IMG/VR virus record: IMGVR_UViG_2654587570_000002
Coordinates: 1-35,662 of that record
DNA length: 35,662 nucleotides
Reading direction: 5' to 3' (one strand)
From: a virus
Lineage: Duplodnaviria; Heunggongvirae; Uroviricota; Caudoviricetes
Part shown: piece by piece, positions 1 through 7,607 of the stretch
Layout: the number at the start of each line of letters is the position of its first letter
Position numbering within the stretch: position 1 is the first letter of the stretch
The notes under the pieces: model-generated
Seen by the model: only the letters and a program-made list of their open reading frames with translations
Databases searched by the model: none
What the model was told of the DNA's origin: nothing
Made by a program: the position numbers and the translations under genes

Positions 1-330
1 AGAATCAGATTAATGACGGCCCAGGCGGAAGCGCAGGAACTTAAAAACGAGCGCGAACGCGGCGAGGTGATTGATACAAAGTTTTGCATCTACGCGATTT
101 CAAAACTAGCGAGTCAGATTTCATCAATCATGGACAGCCTCCCGCTCACAATGCAAAGGCGCTTTCCCGATATAAGGCCGTATATGCTGGATGAACTAAA
201 AAGGGAAATAGCCAAAGCATGTAACGCATGTGCAAGACTTGACGAAAACCTGCCACAGATACTGGCTGATTACCTGATGGAAACTACCGGAAACGCGCCT
301 GAGAAGTTGCTACAGAACAAAGGCGAGTAA
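1..330 (+). CDS. Nu1-type terminase small subunit, C-terminal fragment (5' end lies outside window)
   Basis: Frame is open from base 1; translation ...AQAEAQELKNERERGEVIDTKFCIYAISKLASQISSIMDSLPLTMQRRFPD... resembles the C-terminal half of lambda gpNu1 as recalled; no adjacent large terminase gene follows. Confidence 0.6.
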   Translation, partial: RIRLMTAQAEAQELKNERERGEVIDTKFCIYAISKLASQISSIMDSLPLTMQRRFPDIRPYMLDELKREIAKACNACARLDENLPQILADYLMETTGNAPEKLLQNKGE

Positions 331-403
331 CCGCCGCCCCGTAACGGGCCATAATTCCAGGAAGGACCCGACGACACCAGGCTATCGGAACGATGAGGGC
401 ACA

Positions 404-685
404 ATGACTGAAGCCGAACTACTGGGATTAATCCGCCGCGTCGTCGGAATCAGCCAGCAGCATGACGAACAGGCCACACAGCCGGACAGCGTGACCGCTG
501 AAAATTATGTGCGTGTTGTTGCTGAGGTGATGCGCCGTGATGGTATTGAGCTTAACGGCGTGGATATGCGCAACATACGAACAAGAGTCCTTGAGTTGCT
601 GGCATACCGTCGCCGTTCTCAACAACGGAGGGAGAGCGCGAAAAATACTTACCAGTGGAAGAAGCCGGAACGGTTGCGGCGGTAG
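404..685 (+). CDS. hypothetical protein (93 aa), Arg-rich C-terminus
   Basis: ORF directly downstream of the Nu1-like fragment; no recognisable motif; not similar to a lambda gpA N-terminus. Confidence 0.3.
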   Translation: MTEAELLGLIRRVVGISQQHDEQATQPDSVTAENYVRVVAEVMRRDGIELNGVDMRNIRTRVLELLAYRRRSQQRRESAKNTYQWKKPERLRR

Positions 686-1092
686 ATTCCTGATATTCAG
701 GAAAACCACGAATCTGTGGGGTTTACTGGCGCGGTTACGGCGGTGACACGCACCGAGGCAGAACAATTACCGTAGGTTAAAGCGACAGTATTCACACCAA
801 AGGCAGAAATTAGCGGTTAACGTAACTGACTGATATTTTCGGGAACAGCCAACGGCTGAGGCCGGAGCTATAAAAATAGCTTTGGGTACAGTCCTCAGTT
901 TTGAGGGATGTTAACCAACTGAATAATAAGCAAACCTCAAAATTGAGTTTTGTATCTGCCTGAGTTATTTCTGTGCTAACTTGCTGATATTCCCGATAAC
1001 GTAAAATTGCGTTGGCTGGCAGAGTGCAAATTTGCACGATGGCCTAACCCATTGATTGTTTCGGAAACCTCAATTTGAGGAGGCCGGACAGC

Positions 1093-1127
1093 GTGACGGA
1101 GGGTGACAACCAGTGACACGCCGTGAC
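1093..1127. repeat. four direct GTGAC repeats at exact 10-bp phasing
   Basis: GTGAC begins at 1093, 1103, 1113 and 1123 (cGTGACggag gGTGACaacc aGTGACacgc cGTGACaaaa); one helical turn apart. Confidence 0.5.
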
Positions 1128-1797
1128 AAAAAGACGGTTTAACCATCCATTAAAAATCGACGTGATTTTGTGCTTTCCGTATGAGGTGGCCAGCGTCATT
1201 TTTTAGTGAGAAATTCTGGTCAGGGGCGTTGGCTGAATGGTTATTTTATCGTGCCCATGCACAGGGAGGGGGCGGGTAAAATCTCTGGAGGTGATGCCTG
1301 TCAGGACCGCCGCCTGACCCTTCCTCACATCGCCGCAGGTTCGAAAACTTTTTTTGTGTCAGGTGTGCACGGAATTGATAGGTAAAACCTATATTAAAAA
1401 ATCACGGAAGCCGCGCCATTGCTGGATCAGTCAAAAATTCCACATCTCACGGCAGGCAAAAAAAGCGAATTTTGGGCCAGTTGAGGATAAAAAAGGGCTC
1501 ACTAGTTTTGCACATCCTGGTATCGGGGTCGTCAGCCTCCCGCCAGTAACCAGGTAACTAATCACGCTGGTGGGCATGATGCCGATGCCGGGATCTCGGT
1601 ATCGGTTTATCTGTGATCATCCACCAGCTTGATGACAGATAACAGGGAGTCATAACGATTAAAATTGTATATTTTTGCAGCAAACATTTTTAGCTACACG
1701 TTAAGCTATACGATTTTGAGTTTAAATTTTTTGTATTCAATTAAATCAAATGGTTATATGCACGTTTTGAATACTCTCGTGCCAAAAATCCCTTAAG

Positions 1798-1826
1798 AAC
1801 CAGCCTATTATGGCTGGTTTTTTTAT
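1798..1826 (+). terminator. rho-independent terminator-like hairpin followed by T7 run
   Basis: aaccagcc-tatta-tggctggtt followed by ttttttt; no convincing protein gene upstream on the + strand. Confidence 0.45.
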
Positions 1827-1992
1827 GATTGTTTTTTATGCGGAGAAATACCGGGGAATAATTGGGGTAAAACACCTTTAGGCTATTCACTTAGCCTACC
1901 ACCATCAAAATCTTTCCGAATGTATCCATCTCTTTTTTCTTATGCAGCTAAAACGAAGTCTTGATACTGTTTATTTACACAGATAAGAATAA

Positions 1993-2012
1993 TACTGTCT
2001 ACAAACGCAGTA
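1993..2012. promoter_or_regulatory. LexA (SOS) box-like palindrome upstream of the dinI-like remnant
   Basis: TACTGTCTACAAACGCAGTA fits TACTG-N10-CAGTA; sits 14 bp upstream of the ATG at 2026. Confidence 0.4.
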
Positions 2013-2025
2013 CAAAAGAAGTGTT

Positions 2026-2273
2026 ATGCGTATTGAGATCTCCATAACCAAAGACAAAATGACCAAATGCCAAATGGCGCTGTGGACGCGTTAAAGGAAG
2101 AGTTAACCCAACACATTGGCAAGCGTTATGACGATGTGGAGATGATCGTAAAAGCCACCAGCAACGATAGTTTTTCAGTTAGACATACTGCAGATAAAGA
2201 TTGAGCTAAAACTTTCGTTCAGGAAACTCTGAATGATACCTGAGAGTCTACTGAAGAGTTGTTTGTTCACTAG
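2026..2273 (+). pseudogene. dinI-family gene remnant (frameshifts and in-frame stops)
   Basis: ATG at 2026 gives [11 protein letters not shown] (DinI N-terminus is MRIEVTIAKTS as recalled), then similarity continues in another frame ([22 protein letters not shown]...SVRHTADKD) and after a stop in a third frame (AKTFVQETLNDT-ESTEELFV, compare DinI ...ILQETWESADDWFV). Confidence 0.6.
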
Positions 2274-2628
2274 TTAGCACGTAGGAAATCATTCAATACT
2301 CGCACTATCGGAAGTTCACCAGCCAGTCGTAGCACGTCCTTGCAAACGACGTGCCTACAATTTCAATCACCTCTCACCATCAGTTCTATCAATAATAATT
2401 AAACAGCGCCTAGACAAAATAAATAACAACAAGTCAACAACCTCGACAGGATGCCGATGGGATGATGAAGAGATAAGAAAGAATAACCAGTAAAGCCCTA
2501 AAACGTCAGCGTTCAGACGCGTTTTTTACTTAACCGGTAACAAATACGTTGTATCATAGCAGAATAAAATGATTGTTCTAAATCAGATTAACTCCTCACT
2601 TTTGTACAATGTCGCTTACAGGTATACC

Positions 2629-4518
2629 ATGAAATCCGAGACGCTAACTGTCCAACAACTTTTTCAAGACCGCCGACAATACTGTGTTCCATTCTATCAA
2701 CGTGCCTATGTATGGACTCAGCAAGACCAATGGTCAGCTCTACTGGAGGATATCCTAGAGAAAGCACAATCCCGGCTCTCGGGTACAAAACCAACTCCCC
2801 ATTTCCTTGGTGCGGTTGTACTGGAACCTCAATCAAAAAAAGGATTATTAGGTGTAGATTCCATACATATTATTGATGGTCAGCAACGATTGACCACTCT
2901 TCAATATGTTCTGGCATCCATCCGATTAGCATTACGTGCTACGGATCTTTCCAGCTTAGAGGCTCTCATTTCGCCTTGCCTGAAAAACTCAAACGAAGAC
3001 ACAATGCGAAATAAAGAAGTAGAACGCTTCAAACTGTGGCCAACTTTTCGGGATCAAACTCATTTTATTCAAAGTTTTAATGTTGAAAATATTGACGATC
3101 TCCGGGACGTATTCTCTGATAGTTTCACGCAGCATGGTACGTTGCGTAAGCGTTTTAATCACCCGCCATCACTAGAAGCATTATGTTTTTTTACTAAAGC
3201 CTTTATAAAATGGATTAAAATAGAAAACCACTCACCACAAGAAAATGCTGTAGCTCTAATTGAGGCTGTCTTAACAGATCTGAAACTGGTAAGCATATTT
3301 CTCGAAGCTGAAGATGATGCCCAAATAATTTTTGAAACATTAAATGGGCGAGGGGCGGAACTTCATGCTACGGATCTTATTCGCAACTATATCTTTATGT
3401 GCGCAGAGCATGAAAATATTAATGCTATTGAATTATATGAAAATGAGTGGAAGAGCTTTGAAGATAAATACTGGTCGGAAAAACAACGCCGTGGACGTAT
3501 TAATAAACCACGCATGGAGTGGCTAGTACATGCGACATTGCAATCAGAAAGGCAGCGTGAAATTGATCTGTCTCGCCTTTACAATGAGTATCGTGATTAT
3601 GTAAGTAAGGACTTGTCTTCACAACGAGCAGATCTGCAAGTAAAGCGCCTCAAACAATATGCATTACAATATAAAGAATTGGTTGATGGTTTTGGCACAA
3701 CCCCCATCTCACACTTTGGATATCGCATCGCAGACTATGATGTGACGACACTTTATCCGCTTGCTTTGTTCATTTCGATAGCTAACATCGCTGATGATGA
3801 GAAAGCAGCCATGTATAATGATCTTGTCTCCTACGTAGTACGAAGAGCCGTATGTGGCCTGACGCCAAAGAATTACAACAATGTATTTATGAATGTATTG
3901 CGGCACTTGGCTAAAACGGAAATTTCCAGTGTTGAGTTACGTAATATCCTCAATAACTTAAATGGCGAAGCCTCACGTTGGCCTGGTGACTCAGAATTTC
4001 TCAACGCTTGCATCAATGCTCCACTTTATCCTGGCAGGCTCGACGCACCGAAAATGCGCTCAATGTTAACGGAACTTGAAAGAGAACTTTGTCGCCAAGT
4101 GAAGACCGAAAAGCCTGATGTTCCAAATCTTTCTAATCTCGATATCGATCATCTTATGCCCCAAAGTTGGTATTCCTGTTGGCCTCTCGAAAATGGTCGT
4201 ATGGTGACAAATTCAGATGCTACGGTATTGAACCAAATTGTTCTGTCTGGAACCGATCTTACCCCTGAACAGCTACTGGTAAGGAAACGGCAACAAGCGA
4301 TAGCTACTTTGGGAAATCTAACTTTGCTTAACCTTAGCGTAAACCGTTCTGTTCAGAATGCTGTATTTCTGAAAAAACGTGATGCTCTCATCGTCCACAC
4401 CAATCTACGACTGAACATTCCACTTATAGTTAAGGATAAATGGGATGAGGATGAAATCCTGGAGCGGGGTAAAAATTTGGGGGAAATTGCATTGAAAGTA
4501 TGGCCAAAACACGATTAA
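2629..4518 (+). CDS. GmrSD-like type IV restriction-type nuclease (N-terminal DUF262/ParB-like domain, C-terminal DUF1524 His-Me finger domain)
   Basis: N-terminal FYQRAYVW and IIDGQQRLTTLQ (DGQQR motif); C-terminal LDIDHLMPQSW (DxDH motif); roughly 40% GC against higher-GC tail genes; ORF track opens at 2569 but the ATG at 2629 (MKSETLTVQQLF) is the more typical family start. Confidence 0.8.
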   Translation: MKSETLTVQQLFQDRRQYCVPFYQRAYVWTQQDQWSALLEDILEKAQSRLSGTKPTPHFLGAVVLEPQSKKGLLGVDSIHIIDGQQRLTTLQYVLASIRLALRATDLSSLEALISPCLKNSNEDTMRNKEVERFKLWPTFRDQTHFIQSFNVENIDDLRDVFSDSFTQHGTLRKRFNHPPSLEALCFFTKAFIKWIKIENHSPQENAVALIEAVLTDLKLVSIFLEAEDDAQIIFETLNGRGAELHATDLIRNYIFMCAEHENINAIELYENEWKSFEDKYWSEKQRRGRINKPRMEWLVHATLQSERQREIDLSRLYNEYRDYVSKDLSSQRADLQVKRLKQYALQYKELVDGFGTTPISHFGYRIADYDVTTLYPLALFISIANIADDEKAAMYNDLVSYVVRRAVCGLTPKNYNNVFMNVLRHLAKTEISSVELRNILNNLNGEASRWPGDSEFLNACINAPLYPGRLDAPKMRSMLTELERELCRQVKTEKPDVPNLSNLDIDHLMPQSWYSCWPLENGRMVTNSDATVLNQIVLSGTDLTPEQLLVRKRQQAIATLGNLTLLNLSVNRSVQNAVFLKKRDALIVHTNLRLNIPLIVKDKWDEDEILERGKNLGEIALKVWPKHD

Positions 4519-4540
4519 TGCAATTAATAAAATGATTATA

Positions 4541-4564
4541 GCGGCCTTACCTTAGTAAGGCCGC
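4541..4564 (+). terminator. stem-loop just 3' of the GmrSD-like gene
   Basis: gcggcctta-ccttag-taaggccgc, a perfect 9-bp stem 23 bp after the stop; weak T-tract. Confidence 0.4.
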
Positions 4565-4613
4565 TACTCACTATTAAATACTTTAATTTGCATCAAGAAC
4601 AGCAATGTCAGCC

Positions 4614-4742
4614 CTAGGTCTCGGACTTTGTACCGCTTATCTTGTTTTCAAAAATCAGCTCGCATCCTGCACAGTTCAGCGCATTACGTTGTAGATCTGT
4701 GTTCTGGTCATTTGTTGATACGCGTACATAGCCAATAAGCAT
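4614..4742 (-). pseudogene. Gin/Pin/Hin-family serine invertase gene, N-terminal 41-codon remnant
   Basis: Minus-strand translation from ATG at 4742: MLIGYVRVSTNDQNTDLQRNALNCAGCELIFENKISGTKSET-stop; matches the invertase N-terminus (catalytic-Ser VRVST motif) as recalled, then similarity ends abruptly. Confidence 0.8.
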
Positions 4743-4768
4743 GGTAGATCCCCCTGACAAAAGCAGGA

Positions 4769-5182
4769 ATGATGCCATTTGCTCGTTATTTCTGCATTTT
4801 CATAAACGTTGGTTTGGGAGAAGCAGCAAAACGAGGGGTGGGGACAGGGGAAAATCAGATACCGGACATGACCTCTTTTGCCAGTGGTGATGGATGGATG
4901 AAATTACCCAACGGGAAAATCCTGCAATATGGTCGAGGTGAGGCTATGCCGAAATTATCGACGCAAACAATGAGGATTACATTTCCTATCCCTTTCCCTA
5001 AAAAAGCGGATATCGCCATTCTTACCCATTCTGGCGATGGCGGTGCGCCTTTTGGTGCAGGGCGTGGATTCGTTATGTCCGTAGAAGGCCCAACATTAAC
5101 CGGCTTTAATTCTGCTTACAGAACTGCATCAACCAGCGACAAGGTGTCAATGACTTACAGTTGGTGGGCTGTTGGTGAATAA
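4769..5182 (+). CDS. alternative tail-fibre C-terminal variable domain (silent cassette in present orientation)
   Basis: Shares VGLGE at the crossover site with the constant part and would be in frame with it after inversion; no independent start expected (the ATG at 4769 lies outside the crossover site). Confidence 0.6.
   Translation: MMPFARYFCIFINVGLGEAAKRGVGTGENQIPDMTSFASGDGWMKLPNGKILQYGRGEAMPKLSTQTMRITFPIPFPKKADIAILTHSGDGGAPFGAGRGFVMSVEGPTLTGFNSAYRTASTSDKVSMTYSWWAVGE
4797..4822. repeat. hix/gix-like crossover site (left end of invertible segment)
   Basis: TTTTCATAAACG-TT-GGTTTGGGAGAA; the last 14 bp are identical to the reverse complement of the site at 6717-6742. Confidence 0.65.
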
Positions 5183-5193
5183 TTTTATTCAGG

Positions 5194-5646
5194 ATGATTT
5201 ATATGAACGAATATGTTTATAGCGCAAGGCATAATGCTTTTTTCCCTGTGGATATGATTGATAAATATAAATCAGAGGGATGGGATTTATCAGATGCTAA
5301 GGAGGTGAGTCAAAATATTATCAGTGAATTTATGGCTGAACCGCCACAAGGAAAAATCCGTATTGCCGGAGGTGATGGGCTGCCCGCGTGGGCGGATATT
5401 CCTGCCCCTACGCATGAAGAACTTACTGAAATTACTGAATCAGAAAGACAGCTACTAATTAATCAGGCCAACGATTATATGAACAGTAAACAATGGCCTG
5501 GTAAAGCCGCTATTGGTCGTCTGAAAGGTGACGAACTGGCGCAATATAATTTGTGGCTGGATTATCTGGACGCACTGGAGCTGGTTGATACCTCCAGTGC
5601 TCCAGATATTGAATGGCCTACGCCTCCGGCAGTTCAGGCCAGATGA
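5194..5646 (+). CDS. tail fibre assembly protein (Tfa/U'-like), silent cassette
   Basis: C-terminal ...LVDTSSAPDIEWPTPP, the characteristic Tfa ending. Confidence 0.75.
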   Translation: MIYMNEYVYSARHNAFFPVDMIDKYKSEGWDLSDAKEVSQNIISEFMAEPPQGKIRIAGGDGLPAWADIPAPTHEELTEITESERQLLINQANDYMNSKQWPGKAAIGRLKGDELAQYNLWLDYLDALELVDTSSAPDIEWPTPPAVQAR

Positions 5647-6220
5647 CATCCGGCGCGGTGCTGGTATCTGTTGCCGTCACCGCGTCAGTGTAATCCAGCA
5701 CGGCGTTAAGTCGGGTGTTTTCTGCCTGCGTCAGCTTCCTCCCGGCCTGCAATTTCAGTTGAATCAGACTAATGGAAACCATTGCAGCATCAATCAGCGA
5801 CTGCCGCTGTGTTTCTGCCATGTCTACTGCTGCTCTATGCTGTGCCTCGGTATCCGTCACCCATTTCTCACCATCCCATTTATCGTATGGCGTTAACGGG
5901 GCGATAGTGGTTGTCTTTTCAGGGTAATCACCCGGAGCTGTGATTTCTTTTGATTCTCCTGTTTCGGTGCTATAGACGATTTCACCGCGATGGTCTGGCA
6001 CATATTCCCATGAGTTAAAATCTGCAGAACGGCAAATTGCATAACCAGCTTTATATGAGCCAGGAGCATCTAAACAGGAACATGCCGGGATACCGACACC
6101 CACAGCAAGATATTCGGTTGATGTGGAAATATATTCTCGTGTTTCACCATCATAATTATAAACGGTAATATCTCCCGCCTTTGTGGCGATGAGTTCCTTA
6201 TTTAATATAGCTTTATCCAT
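5618..6220 (-). CDS. tail fibre assembly protein (Tfa/U-like)
   Basis: Strong resemblance to lambda Tfa as recalled (EYVPDHRGEIVYSTETGE..., ...DTSTAPDVIWPELP). Confidence 0.8.
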   Translation of the reverse strand: MDKAILNKELIATKAGDITVYNYDGETREYISTSTEYLAVGVGIPACSCLDAPGSYKAGYAICRSADFNSWEYVPDHRGEIVYSTETGESKEITAPGDYPEKTTTIAPLTPYDKWDGEKWVTDTEAQHRAAVDMAETQRQSLIDAAMVSISLIQLKLQAGRKLTQAENTRLNAVLDYTDAVTATDTSTAPDVIWPELPEA

Positions 6221-6696
6221 CAGGCAGCCCTCACGATATAATTAAAGGCAATGTTACGGGGTCGATTTTCGTTTGCAGTTGGAACAATTCTTGAAGCATC
6301 AAGGCCAATCACTTTTGGGTAAACACCGCCCTCGGACCTTTCTGTCACCATACTTCTGACTAAGGAGAAATAACTATTGTTCGTTGAGGGGTTCAAAGGC
6401 ACCACTGCCCCCTTAAACGAGCCTACTGATTCCCATATTGAATAATTTTCGGTGTTTACAGTCTTGAACTCACCATAGATATTACGTATGGCATCGCCCT
6501 GAGCGGATAATATTGTTCTCCCCGCATCCGCACTACGCCCATCATCCCAGCCACGAATAAATTCACCGCGTAAATCAGGCAATTTATTTGTCGGGTAAGC
6601 CTTTGCCAGTTCCGGGTATTCTTCAGCAGAAAAAGCCGCACCATTGCATTTCAGCCAGCCTGTCGGCGGAGTGGCGGAAGGCCACGGAACAGGCAC
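6220..6696 (-). CDS. tail-fibre C-terminal variable domain with phage tail-collar motif; currently in the -1 frame relative to the constant N-terminal part
   Basis: [35 protein letters not shown]...LPDLRGEF fits the tail-collar domain pattern; track start is a GTG; frame differs from ORF 6651-7019. Confidence 0.7.
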   Translation of the reverse strand: MPVPWPSATPPTGWLKCNGAAFSAEEYPELAKAYPTNKLPDLRGEFIRGWDDGRSADAGRTILSAQGDAIRNIYGEFKTVNTENYSIWESVGSFKGAVVPLNPSTNNSYFSLVRSMVTERSEGGVYPKVIGLDASRIVPTANENRPRNIAFNYIVRAA

Positions 6697-7019
6697 ACCG
6701 CAGGTAATGCAGAGCCTTCTCCCAAACCAAGGTTTTCGAGAGCCGTTTTCACCGTGCCATCCGATTTGATATCACCAAACGGATTCTTGCGGCTTAACAG
6801 CAGAGCACGAAGCGCGGTAAGCAACTGGTCGTTTCGCCCCTTCTCCAGGCTGGCACCGGATGCCTCCACCACGCTGCAAAGCTCCTCCTGCAACATATCA
6901 AAGTAGTCATCATCCAGATCGGTGGCAGGTGTGCCGGTCTGGGGGTTACCACGGGTAAAACCGTTCTTACCCGCGCCGAACTTATCCTTCTGCGCGGTTT
7001 TCGTGTCTATACGATGCAT
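6651..7019 (-). CDS. tail fibre, constant N-terminal part (terminates 20 codons past the crossover site in this orientation)
   Basis: [46 protein letters not shown]... resembles Mu S / e14 Stf N-termini as recalled; ...LENLGLGE spans the crossover site. Confidence 0.7.
   Translation of the reverse strand: MHRIDTKTAQKDKFGAGKNGFTRGNPQTGTPATDLDDDYFDMLQEELCSVVEASGASLEKGRNDQLLTALRALLLSRKNPFGDIKSDGTVKTALENLGLGEGSALPAVCLFRGLPPLRRQAG
6717..6742. repeat. hix/gix-like crossover site (right end, inside the tail-fibre gene)
   Basis: + strand TTCTCCCAAACC-AA-GGTTTTCGAGAG; compare hixL TTCTTGAAAACC-AA-GGTTTTTGATAA as recalled. Confidence 0.65.
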
Positions 7020-7022
7020 GGA

Positions 7023-7607
7023 TTACTCCGGATATTTAAAAATTACGTAGGTATGCGACGGGCAGAGTTTGTTAAGCACACACTCGACAACGGTGTCGCC
7101 CCAGATACGCAGCGCGGAATCACAGGGATCGCCACATGTCATCCAGGTGGTGTTGGTGGTAGCTGGCATGTTGACCTGCCAGTAATACCGCCATTCCGGC
7201 GCATTCACCGCGTCAGTACAGGCCAATGAGCAGGTGAAGGTGCTTTTGTCGTATCGCGTGATGGTGGCAGCTGGTCTGCCCAGGGCAGCAAGCTGGGCAA
7301 GATAAAAATCCTCGTTGATGCCGCCCGCCAGGTTAACCTTCGCATCCAGCCGTTGCTGACGCTGGCGAAGGGTCTGTGTCCCTGTAGGAATACATTCATC
7401 CGGCAGGCCGCACAGACGCTCCCAGCGATTTATCAGTTCGGTGGTGGTGCGCGGATCCAGCTCCCGCATCAGGGCATCCGCACGCTGATGAACGCGGGTT
7501 AATGACGGTGCCGCACCGGCAATCGCCGGATCGCTGGCTGACCACGCCGGACCGGGCGGCAACAGTGCTGACAACAGACGGATGTAATCATCGTTTGTCA
7601 CGTCCAT
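7023..7607 (-). CDS. Mu gp48 / YmfQ-like tail protein (DUF2313-like)
   Basis: Position between baseplate J-like gene and tail fibre; sequence family recalled from e14 ymfQ. Confidence 0.65.
   Translation of the reverse strand: MDVTNDDYIRLLSALLPPGPAWSASDPAIAGAAPSLTRVHQRADALMRELDPRTTTELINRWERLCGLPDECIPTGTQTLRQRQQRLDAKVNLAGGINEDFYLAQLAALGRPAATITRYDKSTFTCSLACTDAVNAPEWRYYWQVNMPATTNTTWMTCGDPCDSALRIWGDTVVECVLNKLCPSHTYVIFKYPE

Larger units (their letters stand above)
4811..6728. mobile_element. invertible tail-fibre host-range segment (Mu G / e14 P-like) carrying two opposed variable-domain + chaperone cassettes
   Basis: Bounded by inverted 26-bp crossover sites; contains convergent pairs: fibre C-terminus 4769-5182(+) with Tfa 5194-5646(+), and fibre C-terminus 6220-6696(-) with Tfa 5618-6220(-). 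Confidence 0.65.

Noticed and set aside
404-685. Possible N-terminus of a lambda-type large terminase following Nu1
   Set aside because: Translation shows none of the gpA N-terminal features and the ORF stops after 93 aa with no continuation in any frame.
1330-1350. GGTTCGAAAAC resembling a tRNA T-loop (possible tRNA or att remnant)
   Set aside because: No complementary T-stem or acceptor stem around it and no CCA-proximal structure; likely chance.
4519-4800. Looked for an intact serine invertase next to the invertible segment
   Set aside because: Only a 41-codon N-terminal remnant is present (4614-4742); no other frame continues the invertase sequence.
4769-5182. Treating ORF 4769-5182 as an independently initiated gene from the ATG at 4769
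   Set aside because: That ATG lies outside the crossover site; homology and the shared VGLGE junction indicate a promoterless C-terminal cassette that is only expressed after inversion.
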